From: an uncultured Candidatus Rokubacteria bacterium
GTDB taxonomy: Bacteria > Methylomirabilota > Methylomirabilia > Rokubacteriales > CSP1-6
DNA: 64,000 nucleotides
Assembly (NCBI GenBank): GCA_963762145.1
Contig: CAVXJS010000009.1
Coordinates: 736,001 to 800,000, forward strand
Direction: 5' to 3'
The notes below the pieces were generated by a model. That model was not told the origin of the DNA, ran no database searches, and was given only the letters and a program-made list of their open reading frames with translations. This document shows, piece by piece, positions 1 to 13,843 of this stretch. The number at the start of each line of letters is the position of its first letter. Position 1 is the first letter of the stretch. The translations under genes were made by a program, and so were the position numbers.

Positions 1-1156
1 GCGTGCGCACCTTCTGGGCCTTGCCGTAGTAGGCGTCGTAGTAGCCCGGCGGAGAGCGCGTAGGTCCCCAGCATGATGCGGCGCTTGACCTCGTCGCCGA
101 AGCCGGCCGCGCGCGTCTTGCTGTACATGTCGATCAGGTCGCGCGCGCCCGGCGCCCGCAGGCCGTACTTCACGCCGTCGTAGCGCGCGAGGTTCGACGA
201 GGCCTCCGCGGGCGCGATGAGGTAGTACGCGGCGAGGCCGTACTCGGTGTGCGGCAGCGAGACCGGCTCGGTGCGGGCGCCGAGCTTCTCGAGCGCCGCG
301 ATGGCCTCGCGCACCGCGCGCGTCGACCTCGGGATCCATCCCGTCGATGAAGTACTCCGCCGGCACGCCGATCCGCATGCCCTCGATCGCCCTGCCCGAG
401 CGCGGCCCGGTAGTCGGGGACCGGCACGTCCACCGCGGTCGAGTCCATGCGGGTCGGCGCCCGCGATGACCCCCAGCAGCACCGCCGCGTCCTCCACGTC
501 CTTGCGCGAACGGGCCGACCTGGTCGAGCGAGGACGCGAAGGCGATGACGCCGTAGCGCGAGACGCGGCCGTAGGTGGGCTTCAGGCCGAGCACGCCGCA
601 GAAGGCGGCGGGCTGGCGGATCGAGCCGCCGGTGTCGGTGCCGAGGCTGAGCGCGGCGCAGATCGGCCGCCACCACCGCGGACGCGCCGCCCGAGGAGCC
701 GCCGGGCACGCGGGCGAGGTCCCACGGGTTGCGCGTGGTGCCGAAGGCGGAGTGCTCGGTGGACGAGCCCATCGCGAACTCGTCCATGTTGAGCTTGCCG
801 AGCAGGATCGCCCCCGCCGCGTCGAGCCGCGCGACCACCGTGGCGTCGTAGGGCGGCACGAAGCGGTCGAGGATCCTGCGAGTCCGCACGTGGTGCGGAT
901 GCCGCGCGTGCAGAAGAGGTCCTTGAGCGCGACCGGCACGCCGTCCAGCGGCCCCCGCGGCGCGCCCGCCTTGAAGCGGGCGTCGGCCTCGGCGGCCCGG
1001 CGCAGCGCGTCCTCCCGGGTGACGGTGAGGAAGGCCCGCACCTGCGGATCGAGGCGGTCGATCCGGGCCAGGTACTCGCTGGTGGCCTGCGTGGGCGTGG
1101 CCGGCGCCGCTCCGGTACCGGGCCGCCAGCTCGTGCGCGGTCAGCGACGGCAGCAT
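1..1156 (-). CDS. gatA: Asp/Glu-tRNA amidotransferase subunit A; 3' end outside the window, several apparent frameshifts
   Basis: Amidase signature [15 protein letters not shown]...[13 protein letters not shown]; NLARYDG and KRRIMLGT segments recoverable in other frames; adjacent to gatC. Confidence 0.9.
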
Positions 1157-1163
1157 GCGGCGG

Positions 1164-1470
1164 CTACTCCTCGATGATCTTGGGGACGCGGAAGAGGTCG
1201 CCCTGCCGATCCGGCGCGTTGGCGAGCGCGTCGGACTGGGGCAGCGACGGGCACGGCACGTCGTCCCGCATCACGTTGGTGACGGGCACCGCGTGCGAGG
1301 TCGGCTCGACGCCCGTGGTGTCCAGCGCCCGGAGCTTGTCGATGTAGGTGAGGATGCCGTCGAGCTCGCGGGCCATCCGCTCCTTCTCGGCCGCCGACAG
1401 GTCGAGCCGGGCCAGCCGCGCCACGTGCTCGACGTCCTCGGGCCGAGATCTTCGTGCCGGAGGCCGCCAT
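1164..1470 (-). CDS. gatC: Asp/Glu-tRNA amidotransferase subunit C; one apparent frameshift near 1445
   Basis: MAASGTKIS + [14 protein letters not shown]...VEPTSH...[15 protein letters not shown] split over two frames. Confidence 0.9.
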
Positions 1471-1471
1471 C

Positions 1472-3653
<2,182 letters not shown>

Positions 3654-3691
3654 GGGAACAAACGATAACACAAGCAGGAGGGGTCGTGCCG

Positions 3692-3716
3692 CTCACCCTG
3701 CACTTTCCCCGGTGGG
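3692..3716. repeat. Degenerate copy of the CTCACCCTG-CCTCTCCCC palindromic repeat
   Basis: ctcaccctgcactttccccggtggg resembles the copies at 12771 and 62522. Confidence 0.4.
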
Positions 3717-3782
3717 CAGCGCCCGTCCAGCGGGAGCTTCCCTATCTATATCCGCTCGGCTCGCCTTCTGCTGCGCCTCGCC

Positions 3783-5621
<1,839 letters not shown>

Positions 5622-5631
5622 GGGCCGGCTC

Positions 5632-7020
5632 CTAGTGCTTGGGCTTCTTGTCCTTTTGCTTCCGGGCGACCCACCCCTCGCGCGTCTCCTGCCGGCCGCG
5701 GGCCACCGCCAGCGATCCCGGCGGCACGTTCTTGGTGATCACCGATCCCGCCGCCACGTAGGCGCCCTCGCCGATGGTGAGCGGAGCCACCAGGCTCGAG
5801 TTGGTGCCCACGAACACGCCGTCGCCGATCACCGTCTCGTGCTTGGCCACCCCGTCGTAGTTGCAGGTGATGGTGCCGGCCCCGATGTTCACGCCTTCGC
5901 CCATCTGGGTATCGCCCACGTAGGAGAGATGCGGCACCTTGGAGCCGCGCCCGATCCGCGACTTCTTCAGCTCCACGAAGTTGCCGACCTTGGCCTTCGC
6001 GCCCACGTGGCTCTGCGGGCGCAGGTGGCAGAAGGGGCCGAGCTGGACGTCGTCCTCGACGGTCGAGGCGGCGAGCACGCAGTACGGCTTGAGCAGAACC
6101 CGATCCCCGAGCGTCGTGTCGGCCACGTGGCAGCCGGTGTTCACCACGCACTCCGCCCCCACCACCGTCCGGCCTTCCAGGATCACGCCCGGGTGCAGCA
6201 CGGTGTCGGCGCCGATCGTCACGGTGTCGTCCACGTACGTGGTGGCGGGATCGATCACGGTGACCCCGCCCGCCATGAGGCGGTCGAGGATGCGCCGCCG
6301 CATGATGGCGGAGAGCTCCGCGAGCTGCTTGCGGTCGTTGACTCCCAGGCACTCGCTCGGATCGTCGGTGATCACCGCCTCCAGCCGCTGTCCCTGACGA
6401 TGCAGGATCCCGATCACGTCGGTGAGGTAGTACTCGCTCTGCTCGTTCTCGGGGGTGACCTGGGCCAGCGCGGGCCAGAAGCGCGCGGCGTCGAAGCAGT
6501 ACACGCTGGTGCCGATCTCCCGGATCTGCCGCTGGGCCGGGGTCGCGTCGCGATGCTCCACGATTCCGACCGGCCGGTCCTGTTCCCGCACCACGCGGCC
6601 GTAGCCGCTGGGGTCCGCCACCTCGGCGGTCAGCAGGGTGGCCGCCGCGCCGGTCCGCACATGATGGTCCACCAGCCGCTTGAGCGTCGCGTCCGACAGC
6701 AGCGGCACGTCGCCCGGCAGGACCAGCAGCGTGCCGGGGCCGTCCCCACAGGCCACGCGGGCCTGCAGCACGGCGTGCCCGGTCCCCAGGCGCTCCTTCT
6801 GCTCCACGAAGCCGGCCCCGGTCTCCGGGGAGACCGCCGCCCGCACCTCGTCGGCCGCCCGGCCCACCACCACGACGACCCGGCTGCCGAGGGTCCGGGC
6901 CGCGTTGACGGGATAACCGATCAGGGGGCGTCCGCAGAGGCTGTGGAGGACCTTCGGCCGGTTCGAACGCATGCGCTTGGCCTCGCCGGCCGCGAGGATC
7001 ACGGTGGTCAGCTGAGTCAT
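5632..7020 (-). CDS. glmU: Bifunctional UDP-GlcNAc pyrophosphorylase / GlcN-1-P acetyltransferase
   Basis: ILAAGEAKRMRS..PKVLH, LGTGHAV, EYYLTD, hexapeptide repeats, GAGTITCNYDG; alternative start at 7032. Confidence 0.96.
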   Translation of the reverse strand: MTQLTTVILAAGEAKRMRSNRPKVLHSLCGRPLIGYPVNAARTLGSRVVVVVGRAADEVRAAVSPETGAGFVEQKERLGTGHAVLQARVACGDGPGTLLVLPGDVPLLSDATLKRLVDHHVRTGAAATLLTAEVADPSGYGRVVREQDRPVGIVEHRDATPAQRQIREIGTSVYCFDAARFWPALAQVTPENEQSEYYLTDVIGILHRQGQRLEAVITDDPSECLGVNDRKQLAELSAIMRRRILDRLMAGGVTVIDPATTYVDDTVTIGADTVLHPGVILEGRTVVGAECVVNTGCHVADTTLGDRVLLKPYCVLAASTVEDDVQLGPFCHLRPQSHVGAKAKVGNFVELKKSRIGRGSKVPHLSYVGDTQMGEGVNIGAGTITCNYDGVAKHETVIGDGVFVGTNSSLVAPLTIGEGAYVAAGSVITKNVPPGSLAVARGRQETREGWVARKQKDKKPKH

Positions 7021-7112
7021 TGTGGCATCCATCGTAGCACGCGGCATGCCACGGTTCAGGGCGCGGATTGATCCCTCAAACGCGCGCGAAGCCGCGCGAA
7101 TACGGCGCTCGG

Positions 7113-8105
7113 CTAGCGCGACCTGTTGCGCAGATGAGACAGGATCTGGCCGATCCTGTCGGGCAGAGGACACGAAAAGTCCATCGGCGCCCCCGTGGTG
7201 GGATGCGTGAACGCGAGACCCGCCGCGTGGAGCGCCACGCCGCCCAGCCCGGAGATCAGCTCGGTCAACCGCTCGTCCCCGGCCGGCGCCGCTCGGCGGC
7301 CCCGATAGGTATCGTCCCCCAGGAGGGGATGCCCCAGCGAGGCCAGGTGCACGCGAATCTGGTGGGTGCGCCCGGTCTCGAGCCGACATTCGACCAGGGA
7401 GACCGCCCCCGCGGCGGCGCCGAAGCGCTCGAGCACGCGGAAGTGGGTCACCGCGCGCTTGCCCCTGTCCTCCCTCAGCACCGCCATGCGCAGACGCGAG
7501 CGCGGATCGCGCCCGATCGTGGTGTCGATCACGCCCTGGGCCCGCCGCACCGAGCCCTGGGCCAGGCAGAGATAGCGCCGTCTGACCGTCCGCCGAGCGA
7601 GCTGGGCCGTGAGGGCGTCGTAGGCCACCTGGGTCTTGGCCAGCACGATCAGCCCGGAGGTGCCCTTGTCGAGGCGGTGCACGATCCCCGGCCGGCGAGG
7701 GCTGCCCACCCCGGCCATCCCGGGCGCGTGCGCGAGCGCGGCGGCGGCCAGCGTGCCGGTCGGCCGACCGGCCCCCGGATGCGTCACCATGCCCACCGGC
7801 TTGTCCACCACGAGCACGTGCTCGTCCTCGAACACGATGCTGAGCGCGACCGGCTCCGGGGCCAGCCCCTCCCGGGGCGGCGGGGGAATCGACACCTCCA
7901 CCCCGTCCCCCGCCTGCACCCGGTAGGCGGCCTTCACCACCCGTCCTCCGACCAGCACGCGGCCCGCTTCGATCAGCCCCTTGACCCGCATCCGCGACAG
8001 GTCGTCCAGCCGTACCGCCAGCCACGCATCCAGCCGCGCGCCCCCGTCCGTCGCGGCCACCACGCCGCGCCAGTCCCGGGGGAGATCGGCCCCGGATTGG
8101 CTCAA
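7113..8105 (-). CDS. rluD: RluA/RluD-family 23S rRNA pseudouridine synthase with S4 domain
   Basis: RLD.WL S4 domain, VDKPVGMVTHP, GIVHRLDKGTSG, LETGRTHQIRVH. Confidence 0.92.
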   Translation of the reverse strand: MSQSGADLPRDWRGVVAATDGGARLDAWLAVRLDDLSRMRVKGLIEAGRVLVGGRVVKAAYRVQAGDGVEVSIPPPPREGLAPEPVALSIVFEDEHVLVVDKPVGMVTHPGAGRPTGTLAAAALAHAPGMAGVGSPRRPGIVHRLDKGTSGLIVLAKTQVAYDALTAQLARRTVRRRYLCLAQGSVRRAQGVIDTTIGRDPRSRLRMAVLREDRGKRAVTHFRVLERFGAAAGAVSLVECRLETGRTHQIRVHLASLGHPLLGDDTYRGRRAAPAGDERLTELISGLGGVALHAAGLAFTHPTTGAPMDFSCPLPDRIGQILSHLRNRSR

Positions 8106-8148
8106 TGGGACCCGGCCCGTGCCCGGTCAACCACGCCGCGCCCGGAGA

Positions 8149-8625
8149 TCAGCGAGAGGGGGAGGGCGGCGCCGTGAGCATGCGGAGCGCCAGCAGCACG
8201 ACGCCGACGGAGATGGACGCGTCCGCCACGTTGAACGCCGGCCAGTGATACCCGCGCCAGTAGAAATCGAGGAAGTCCACGACCGCGCCGAAGCGCGCGC
8301 GATCGATCAGGTTGCCAACCGCGCCCCCGAAGATGAGCCCCAGGGCGAACGGGGTGAGTCGCCCCCCCGTCGGCAGCATGCGCAGGCCCACGACGGCCAG
8401 CACGCCGAGCGCGCCGATCGACAGCAGGGCCACGAGCCAGCGCCAGCCGGCGGGCGTGCCGGCGAGCATCCCGAACGCGAGACCGGGATTCATGACGAGC
8501 GTGAGGGAGAAGGACCCGTCGATCACCGAGACCGGTCGGCCGGGGGCCAGGCGCTCGAGCGCCAGGTGCTTGGTGATCAGATCCAGGACGAGGACGGCGA
8601 CCGCGGTGAGGGCGGCCGACCTCAC
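8149..8625 (-). CDS. lspA: Lipoprotein signal peptidase II
   Basis: [34 protein letters not shown]; GTG start overlaps the ileS stop. Confidence 0.95.
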   Translation of the reverse strand: MRSAALTAVAVLVLDLITKHLALERLAPGRPVSVIDGSFSLTLVMNPGLAFGMLAGTPAGWRWLVALLSIGALGVLAVVGLRMLPTGGRLTPFALGLIFGGAVGNLIDRARFGAVVDFLDFYWRGYHWPAFNVADASISVGVVLLALRMLTAPPSPSR

Positions 8626-11468
8626 CGCTGGAGCGCCGTCACGACCGGAGCGCAGCGCTCGCAGAGGCTCGGGTGCGTGGGGTCCTCGCCCACCCGTTGG
8701 CTCCAGGTCCAGCACCGCTCGCACTTCTTCCAGCCGAGGGCCTGGGCGGGCACGACCTCGAGGAGAAGGCCGGGGATGTCCTGGCTCTCGTACCGCACCG
8801 CCTCCCCGGGGGCGCGCTGCTTGAGCCGCGTGCCCGACACGTTGAAGAGGGTGGTGAGCAGGGCTTCTCCCTTGGCCTCGAGCAACGGGAGCCACTGCTC
8901 CTCGGGAGCGCTCGGGATGTAGAGCACCGCGTCGATGCCCTTGCCGATCTTCCCCTGCTGGCGGGCCGCCTCGAGCGCGCGCGAGACCTCGCCGCGCACC
9001 TCGAGCAGCCGCTCCCAGTCCGCGCTGAGGCGCTCGTTCAACCACTCCCCGCGCTCCTCCGGGAAGACCACGAGGTGCACGCTCTCCGGCTTGCCCCGCC
9101 CCGGGATGTGCGACCAGACCTCATCGGCGGTGAAGGTCAGGATCGGCGCCATCAGGCGCGTCAGCGCGGTGAGCACCTCGAAGCAGACCGTCTGCGAGGC
9201 GCGCCGCCGCGAGTCGTCCGGGGCCGACACGTAGAGCCGGTCCTTGATGGTGTCGAGGTAGAGCGCCGAGAGGTCCACCGCGCAGAAGTTGTGGAGCGCG
9301 TGGAACGCGACGTGGAACTGGTACTCCTCGTAGGCCCGGCGCACGCGCGCGATCAGCCCGCCCAGGCGCAGCAGCGCCCAGTGGTCGAGCTCGTCCATGT
9401 CGCCGTACGGACGCCGGTCGCGCTCCGGGTCGAAGTCGGCCAGGGTGCCGAGGAGGAAGCGCGAGGTGTTGCGGATGCGCCGGTACGCGTCGGCGAGCCG
9501 GTTCAGGATCTCGTGGGAGAGCCGGATGTCCTCGGACGAGTCCTCCGCCGCGACCCACAGGCGCAGGACCTCGGCCCCGTACTTCGGGATCAGCTCGTCG
9601 GGGGAGATGTTGTTGCCCCCCGACTTGGACATCTTCCGGCCCTCGCCGTCCACGACGAACCCGTGGGTGAGGACGGAGCGGTAGGGCGGGTGGTCACGCG
9701 TGCCGACCGCCTCCAGCAGCGAGGAGTGGAACCAGCCGCGATGCTGGTCCGAGCCCTCGAGGTACATCTCGGCGGGCCACCGCAGCTCCGGACGCGTCTC
9801 GAGCACCGCGGCGTGGCTGCAGCCCGAGTCGAACCACACGTCGAGGATGTCGGTCTCCTTGCGGAACTCCCCGCCCCCGCACTTCGGGCAGCGCGTGCCC
9901 GCGGGCAGCAGCGCGGCGGCCTCCCGCGTGTACCACTCGTCCGCCCCGGCGCCGTCGCGCATGATCCCGGCCACGTGCGTGACCAGCGCCTCGTCGAGGA
10001 GCAGCCCGTCGCAGCTCGTGCAGTAGAACGCGACGATCGGCACGCCCCACACGCGCTGGCGGGAGATGACCCACTCCGGCCGGTGCGCCACCATGTTGTA
10101 GATGCGCTCCTCGCCCCACCCGGGGATCCACGTCACCTCGCTCCGGATCGCGTCGAGGGCCCGCTGGCGGAGCCCGTGGCGGTCCAGCGCGATGAACCAC
10201 TGCTCGGTCGCGCGGAACAGCGTCGGATTCTTGCAGCGCCAGCAGTGCGGGTAGGTGTGCTGGAGCGGGACCTGGGCCACGAGCGCGCCCGCCGCGCGGA
10301 GGTGCTCGATGATGCGCGGGTTCGCCTCCCAGACGGTCTGGCCCGCGAAGTGGGCGACCTCGGCGACGAAGCGGCCGTCGTCGTCCACCGGGTTGTAGAT
10401 CTTGAGCCCGGCCTGGCGGCCGAGCTCGTAGTCTTCCTCCCCGTGTCCGGGCGCGATGTGAACCAGTCCGGTGCCGGCGTCCATCGCCACGAAATCCGCG
10501 TTGAGCACGGGCACGTCGCGATCGATCCACGGGTGCCGGGCGACGATCTCCTTGAGCGCCTGCCCCGGCACCGCGAGCGGCAGGGGAGCGGCGAGCCCCT
10601 TCACCCCGGGCAGGCGCAGGAACGCCTCGAGCAGCGGCTGGGCGACGACGAGCGCCTGGCCGCCGAGCTCCACCGCGGTGTAGGTCTCGGTGGGGTGCAC
10701 CGCGATCGCGAGGTTGGCCGGCAAGGTCCACGGCGTGGTCGTCCAGATCACGAGCGAGACCGGCCGGCCGCCGGCCGCGCGGGCGATCTCCGCGGGCACC
10801 GTCTTGACCGGGAACTTCACGTAGACCGACGGCGCGGTCTGGTCCTCGTACTCCACCTCGGCCTGGGCGAGGGCGGTCTTGCAGTGCATGCACCAGTGCA
10901 CGGGCTTGAGGCCCTTGTGCACCAGGTCGCGGCCCACGAACCGCCCGAACTCGCGCGCGATCACCGCCTGGTAGGCGGGTGCCATCGTCCGGTAGGGATC
11001 GCTCCAGTCGCCGAACACGCCCAGGCGCCGGAACTCCTCCCGCTGGATGTCGATGAACTTGGACGCGTACTCGCGGCAGCGACGGCGCTTCTCCATGGGG
11101 TCCATGGCCTGACGCACGTCCACGCTCGCCTGGTCGAGGCCGAGCTCCTTGTCCACCTGGTGCTCGATCGGCAGCCCGTGACAATCCCAGCCCGGCACGT
11201 AGACCGCGTTGTGGCCCAGCATGGAGCGCGACTTCACGACGAGATCCTTGAGGATCTTGTTCAGCGCGGTGCCCATGTGGATGTGGCCGTTCGCGTACGG
11301 CGGTCCGTCGTGGAGGATCCACCGCGGACGATTCGCCGAGGCCTGCCGGATCCGCCCATAGATGTCCATCGCCGCCCAGCGCTCGAGCCACTCCGGCTCC
11401 ATCTTGGGCAGGTTGGCCTTCATGGGAAACGCAGTCTTGGGCAGGTTTAGCGTGTCCTTGTAATCCAT
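8622..11468 (-). CDS. ileS: Isoleucyl-tRNA synthetase
   Basis: [44 protein letters not shown]-terminal KCERCW Zn motif. Confidence 0.98.
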   Translation of the reverse strand: MDYKDTLNLPKTAFPMKANLPKMEPEWLERWAAMDIYGRIRQASANRPRWILHDGPPYANGHIHMGTALNKILKDLVVKSRSMLGHNAVYVPGWDCHGLPIEHQVDKELGLDQASVDVRQAMDPMEKRRRCREYASKFIDIQREEFRRLGVFGDWSDPYRTMAPAYQAVIAREFGRFVGRDLVHKGLKPVHWCMHCKTALAQAEVEYEDQTAPSVYVKFPVKTVPAEIARAAGGRPVSLVIWTTTPWTLPANLAIAVHPTETYTAVELGGQALVVAQPLLEAFLRLPGVKGLAAPLPLAVPGQALKEIVARHPWIDRDVPVLNADFVAMDAGTGLVHIAPGHGEEDYELGRQAGLKIYNPVDDDGRFVAEVAHFAGQTVWEANPRIIEHLRAAGALVAQVPLQHTYPHCWRCKNPTLFRATEQWFIALDRHGLRQRALDAIRSEVTWIPGWGEERIYNMVAHRPEWVISRQRVWGVPIVAFYCTSCDGLLLDEALVTHVAGIMRDGAGADEWYTREAAALLPAGTRCPKCGGGEFRKETDILDVWFDSGCSHAAVLETRPELRWPAEMYLEGSDQHRGWFHSSLLEAVGTRDHPPYRSVLTHGFVVDGEGRKMSKSGGNNISPDELIPKYGAEVLRLWVAAEDSSEDIRLSHEILNRLADAYRRIRNTSRFLLGTLADFDPERDRRPYGDMDELDHWALLRLGGLIARVRRAYEEYQFHVAFHALHNFCAVDLSALYLDTIKDRLYVSAPDDSRRRASQTVCFEVLTALTRLMAPILTFTADEVWSHIPGRGKPESVHLVVFPEERGEWLNERLSADWERLLEVRGEVSRALEAARQQGKIGKGIDAVLYIPSAPEEQWLPLLEAKGEALLTTLFNVSGTRLKQRAPGEAVRYESQDIPGLLLEVVPAQALGWKKCERCWTWSQRVGEDPTHPSLCERCAPVVTALQR

Positions 11469-11537
11469 AGAGGGCCAAAGCTAGCACTCATCCCGGGTCC
11501 CGGCAAGAACGCGGCCCCGGAGCGGGCCGACGGCGAG

Positions 11538-12176
11538 TTACTTCTTGGGGGTCAGCGTGACGACGCGGGCGGCGCTGTCGATCGTGACGATGAAGTGGTC
11601 GAGGAAGTCACGGCCGAGCAGGCCGTCGCGCCCCGACCCGAGGCCGGAATCGTGGGAAACGACCATCAGCGGGCCGACCCGGGCACCCTCCACCTCGATG
11701 CTCTCGATCCGCACCGCGAGGACATTGGCGTCACCGGTCACACCCTTGATGGAGCCGCGAACGGCGTCGCGGTAGCTGATGCCCAGCGCGGCCAGGGCGG
11801 TGGGGCTGATCAGCGTCCCCTGGGCGCCCGTATCGAGGATGAGCTGCGTGGTACCGCCGCCGTTGATCTTGGCCGAGACCATGATCGGCTGCCCGGGCGT
11901 GAACGGGATGCGGGCCACCCCCGCGGGCTGGGCGGTCGGCGCGGCAGGCTGGGGCGCGGGCGAGGCGAGAGCGGGCGGCGGAGCCTGACTCGGCGAGCCG
12001 ACGATCACCGCCCCGCCGCGAAACTGCGGCGGCACGCTGTTGATGCCCTGAGAGAAACGCACCTCGCCGCGCTCGTCGGTCCAGCGGTAGATCTGCGCGG
12101 ACGCGGGCGTGAACGCGCCCGACAGCAGGCTGCCGAGCGCCAGGATCACCGCGAGAAGGGGGAAGCGGCTCTTCAT
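11538..12176 (-). CDS. Secreted retropepsin-like aspartyl protease with N-terminal DUF4124-like domain
   Basis: Signal peptide, IYRWTDERGEVRFS, LILDTGA and GLLGRDFL motifs. Confidence 0.8.
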   Translation of the reverse strand: MKSRFPLLAVILALGSLLSGAFTPASAQIYRWTDERGEVRFSQGINSVPPQFRGGAVIVGSPSQAPPPALASPAPQPAAPTAQPAGVARIPFTPGQPIMVSAKINGGGTTQLILDTGAQGTLISPTALAALGISYRDAVRGSIKGVTGDANVLAVRIESIEVEGARVGPLMVVSHDSGLGSGRDGLLGRDFLDHFIVTIDSAARVVTLTPKK

Positions 12177-13843
12177 TGATACCTGGTGACAAGTATACGA
12201 TCCCCGGGAATTTCCCCGGCCGGCTCCCACGGAGCCCCCGGGCCCCTAGCCAGAGCTCCCGGACAGGGCTGCCGATCCTTGCGCCAGCGGCTCCAGGCGG
12301 TCTCGTAGACCACCAGCTCGTCGGCTCCCGCCACCTCGTTGTGGGCGAGCCGCACGCGGTACACGGGATGGAAGCGCTCGGCCATCGCCGAGATGGTCGG
12401 GAACCACGCCGGAAAGACGATCAGATAGTCGGGGCAGACATGCTCGAGGTATCGCAGCACGCCCGGCTCGCCAGCCCGGCGGAACGGAATGATGGCGGGC
12501 GTGATCAGGCCCATCACGTCGACGACCTCGCGCCGCGAGACGTAGGCGATCGCCCCGACGTCGTTCAGGGCGATCCGCGCCGTCGGGGGCGTGTGGCGCG
12601 CCACCCAGTGGCCGAGATGCACCTGCATCGCCTCGATGTTCTGGACCGCCCATCCGTAGCGCGTCGCCGCGGACGGCAGCGCCGCGACGGCGGCCACGAG
12701 GAGCGCCGCGGCGGCGATCCATCCCGCGCGCGCGCTTACCCATTTGGCCCCCCTCACCCATTTGGCCCGCCTCACCCTGCCCTCTTCCCCGGAGGGGGAG
12801 AGGGTGGAGTAGGAAAAGAGGGGGGTCAGAGACACGCTGGCGACGACGAGTGCGAGCGGAAGCAGGTGGATGGAGTAGCGGCCCTCCTGGAAGGACGGGG
12901 CGCGATAGGGTGCGAGCAGGGCCATCGCGAGCGGGTGGAGCACGAGCACGGAGGCGGGAGCGAGCGCCGCGCGGCCGACGTGGCGCCCGAGCCACCAGAG
13001 CCCGGGCAGCAGCAGGAGCGGCAGGAGCGCATCCACCCGCCACAGCCAGCGCACCCATTCCGTCTCGAACTGCCACGGCCGCTGGAGGAGCGTCGTGTGG
13101 AGCGGCTCGCGCACCCCCGCGAGGAACCCGACCAGGCCGCCCTCGATCTTCGCCGCCGCCGTGGCCGGCAGCGGCGTTCCGGTCGTGACGAGGTTGAAGC
13201 CGACCCAGGGGACCAGGAATCCCGCGACCGGAAGCCCCCACGCCAGCGCGCGCCGCCCCGTGAGCGGACCTGCCAGCCAGAAGAGGGGGAGCAGCAGAAC
13301 GGCCTCCGGGCGAGCGAGCGCGGCAAGCCCGAGCGCACCGCTCGCCAGCCAGACACGGGCGCGCGCGTGCAGCAGGAACGCCGCCATCACCAGCAGCGCG
13401 GCCAGCGCGACCTCCATGCCCGAGAGTGCGCCCCACACCATCGGCCCGGCGAGCACCACCAGCAGGGAGGCGAGGACGGCGACTTCGGGGCGGCCGGCCC
13501 AGATCAGGGCAAGGCGGCCGGCCAGCCACGCCGTCCCGAGGGTGCCGGCGATACCCAGCGCCTTCGCCAGCACGGGGTGGCTCCCGAAGGCCGCGAACGT
13601 GGCGCCGAGCGTGAGCGTCCAGAGGGGAGCGGTCGAGCCCGACACCGGCACGCCCGGGTTGTAGGAGAAGCCGCGCCCCTCGGCCAGGTTCCGCGCGAAC
13701 TGCAGGTGGATCCACGAGTCGTCGAGCGGGAAGGCCTCCACGCCGAGCACCCCCGCGAGCTGGCGCGTCCTCAGCAGGAAGAGACCGACCGCCAGGGCGA
13801 GCGCGGCGGCCGGGGCGGCGACGGCGAGTGTCCGTCCCGTCAC
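12173..13843 (-). CDS. Polytopic membrane protein, putative GT-C glycosyltransferase (arabinofuranosyltransferase-like)
   Basis: DDSWIH..FARNLAEG.G..YNPG.PVSGSTAPLW, SGME, LARPE, DVGAIAY...VVDVMGL; many TM helices; GTG start overlaps the upstream stop. Confidence 0.75.
   Translation of the reverse strand: MTGRTLAVAAPAAALALAVGLFLLRTRQLAGVLGVEAFPLDDSWIHLQFARNLAEGRGFSYNPGVPVSGSTAPLWTLTLGATFAAFGSHPVLAKALGIAGTLGTAWLAGRLALIWAGRPEVAVLASLLVVLAGPMVWGALSGMEVALAALLVMAAFLLHARARVWLASGALGLAALARPEAVLLLPLFWLAGPLTGRRALAWGLPVAGFLVPWVGFNLVTTGTPLPATAAAKIEGGLVGFLAGVREPLHTTLLQRPWQFETEWVRWLWRVDALLPLLLLPGLWWLGRHVGRAALAPASVLVLHPLAMALLAPYRAPSFQEGRYSIHLLPLALVVASVSLTPLFSYSTLSPSGEEGRVRRAKWVRGAKWVSARAGWIAAAALLVAAVAALPSAATRYGWAVQNIEAMQVHLGHWVARHTPPTARIALNDVGAIAYVSRREVVDVMGLITPAIIPFRRAGEPGVLRYLEHVCPDYLIVFPAWFPTISAMAERFHPVYRVRLAHNEVAGADELVVYETAWSRWRKDRQPCPGALARGPGAPWEPAGEIPGDRILVTRYQ
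12735..12810. repeat. Palindromic repeat plus 18-bp tandem duplication inside a CDS
   Basis: cttacccatttggccccc / ctcacccatttggcccgc followed by ctcaccctgccctcttccccggagggggagaggg. Confidence 0.75.
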
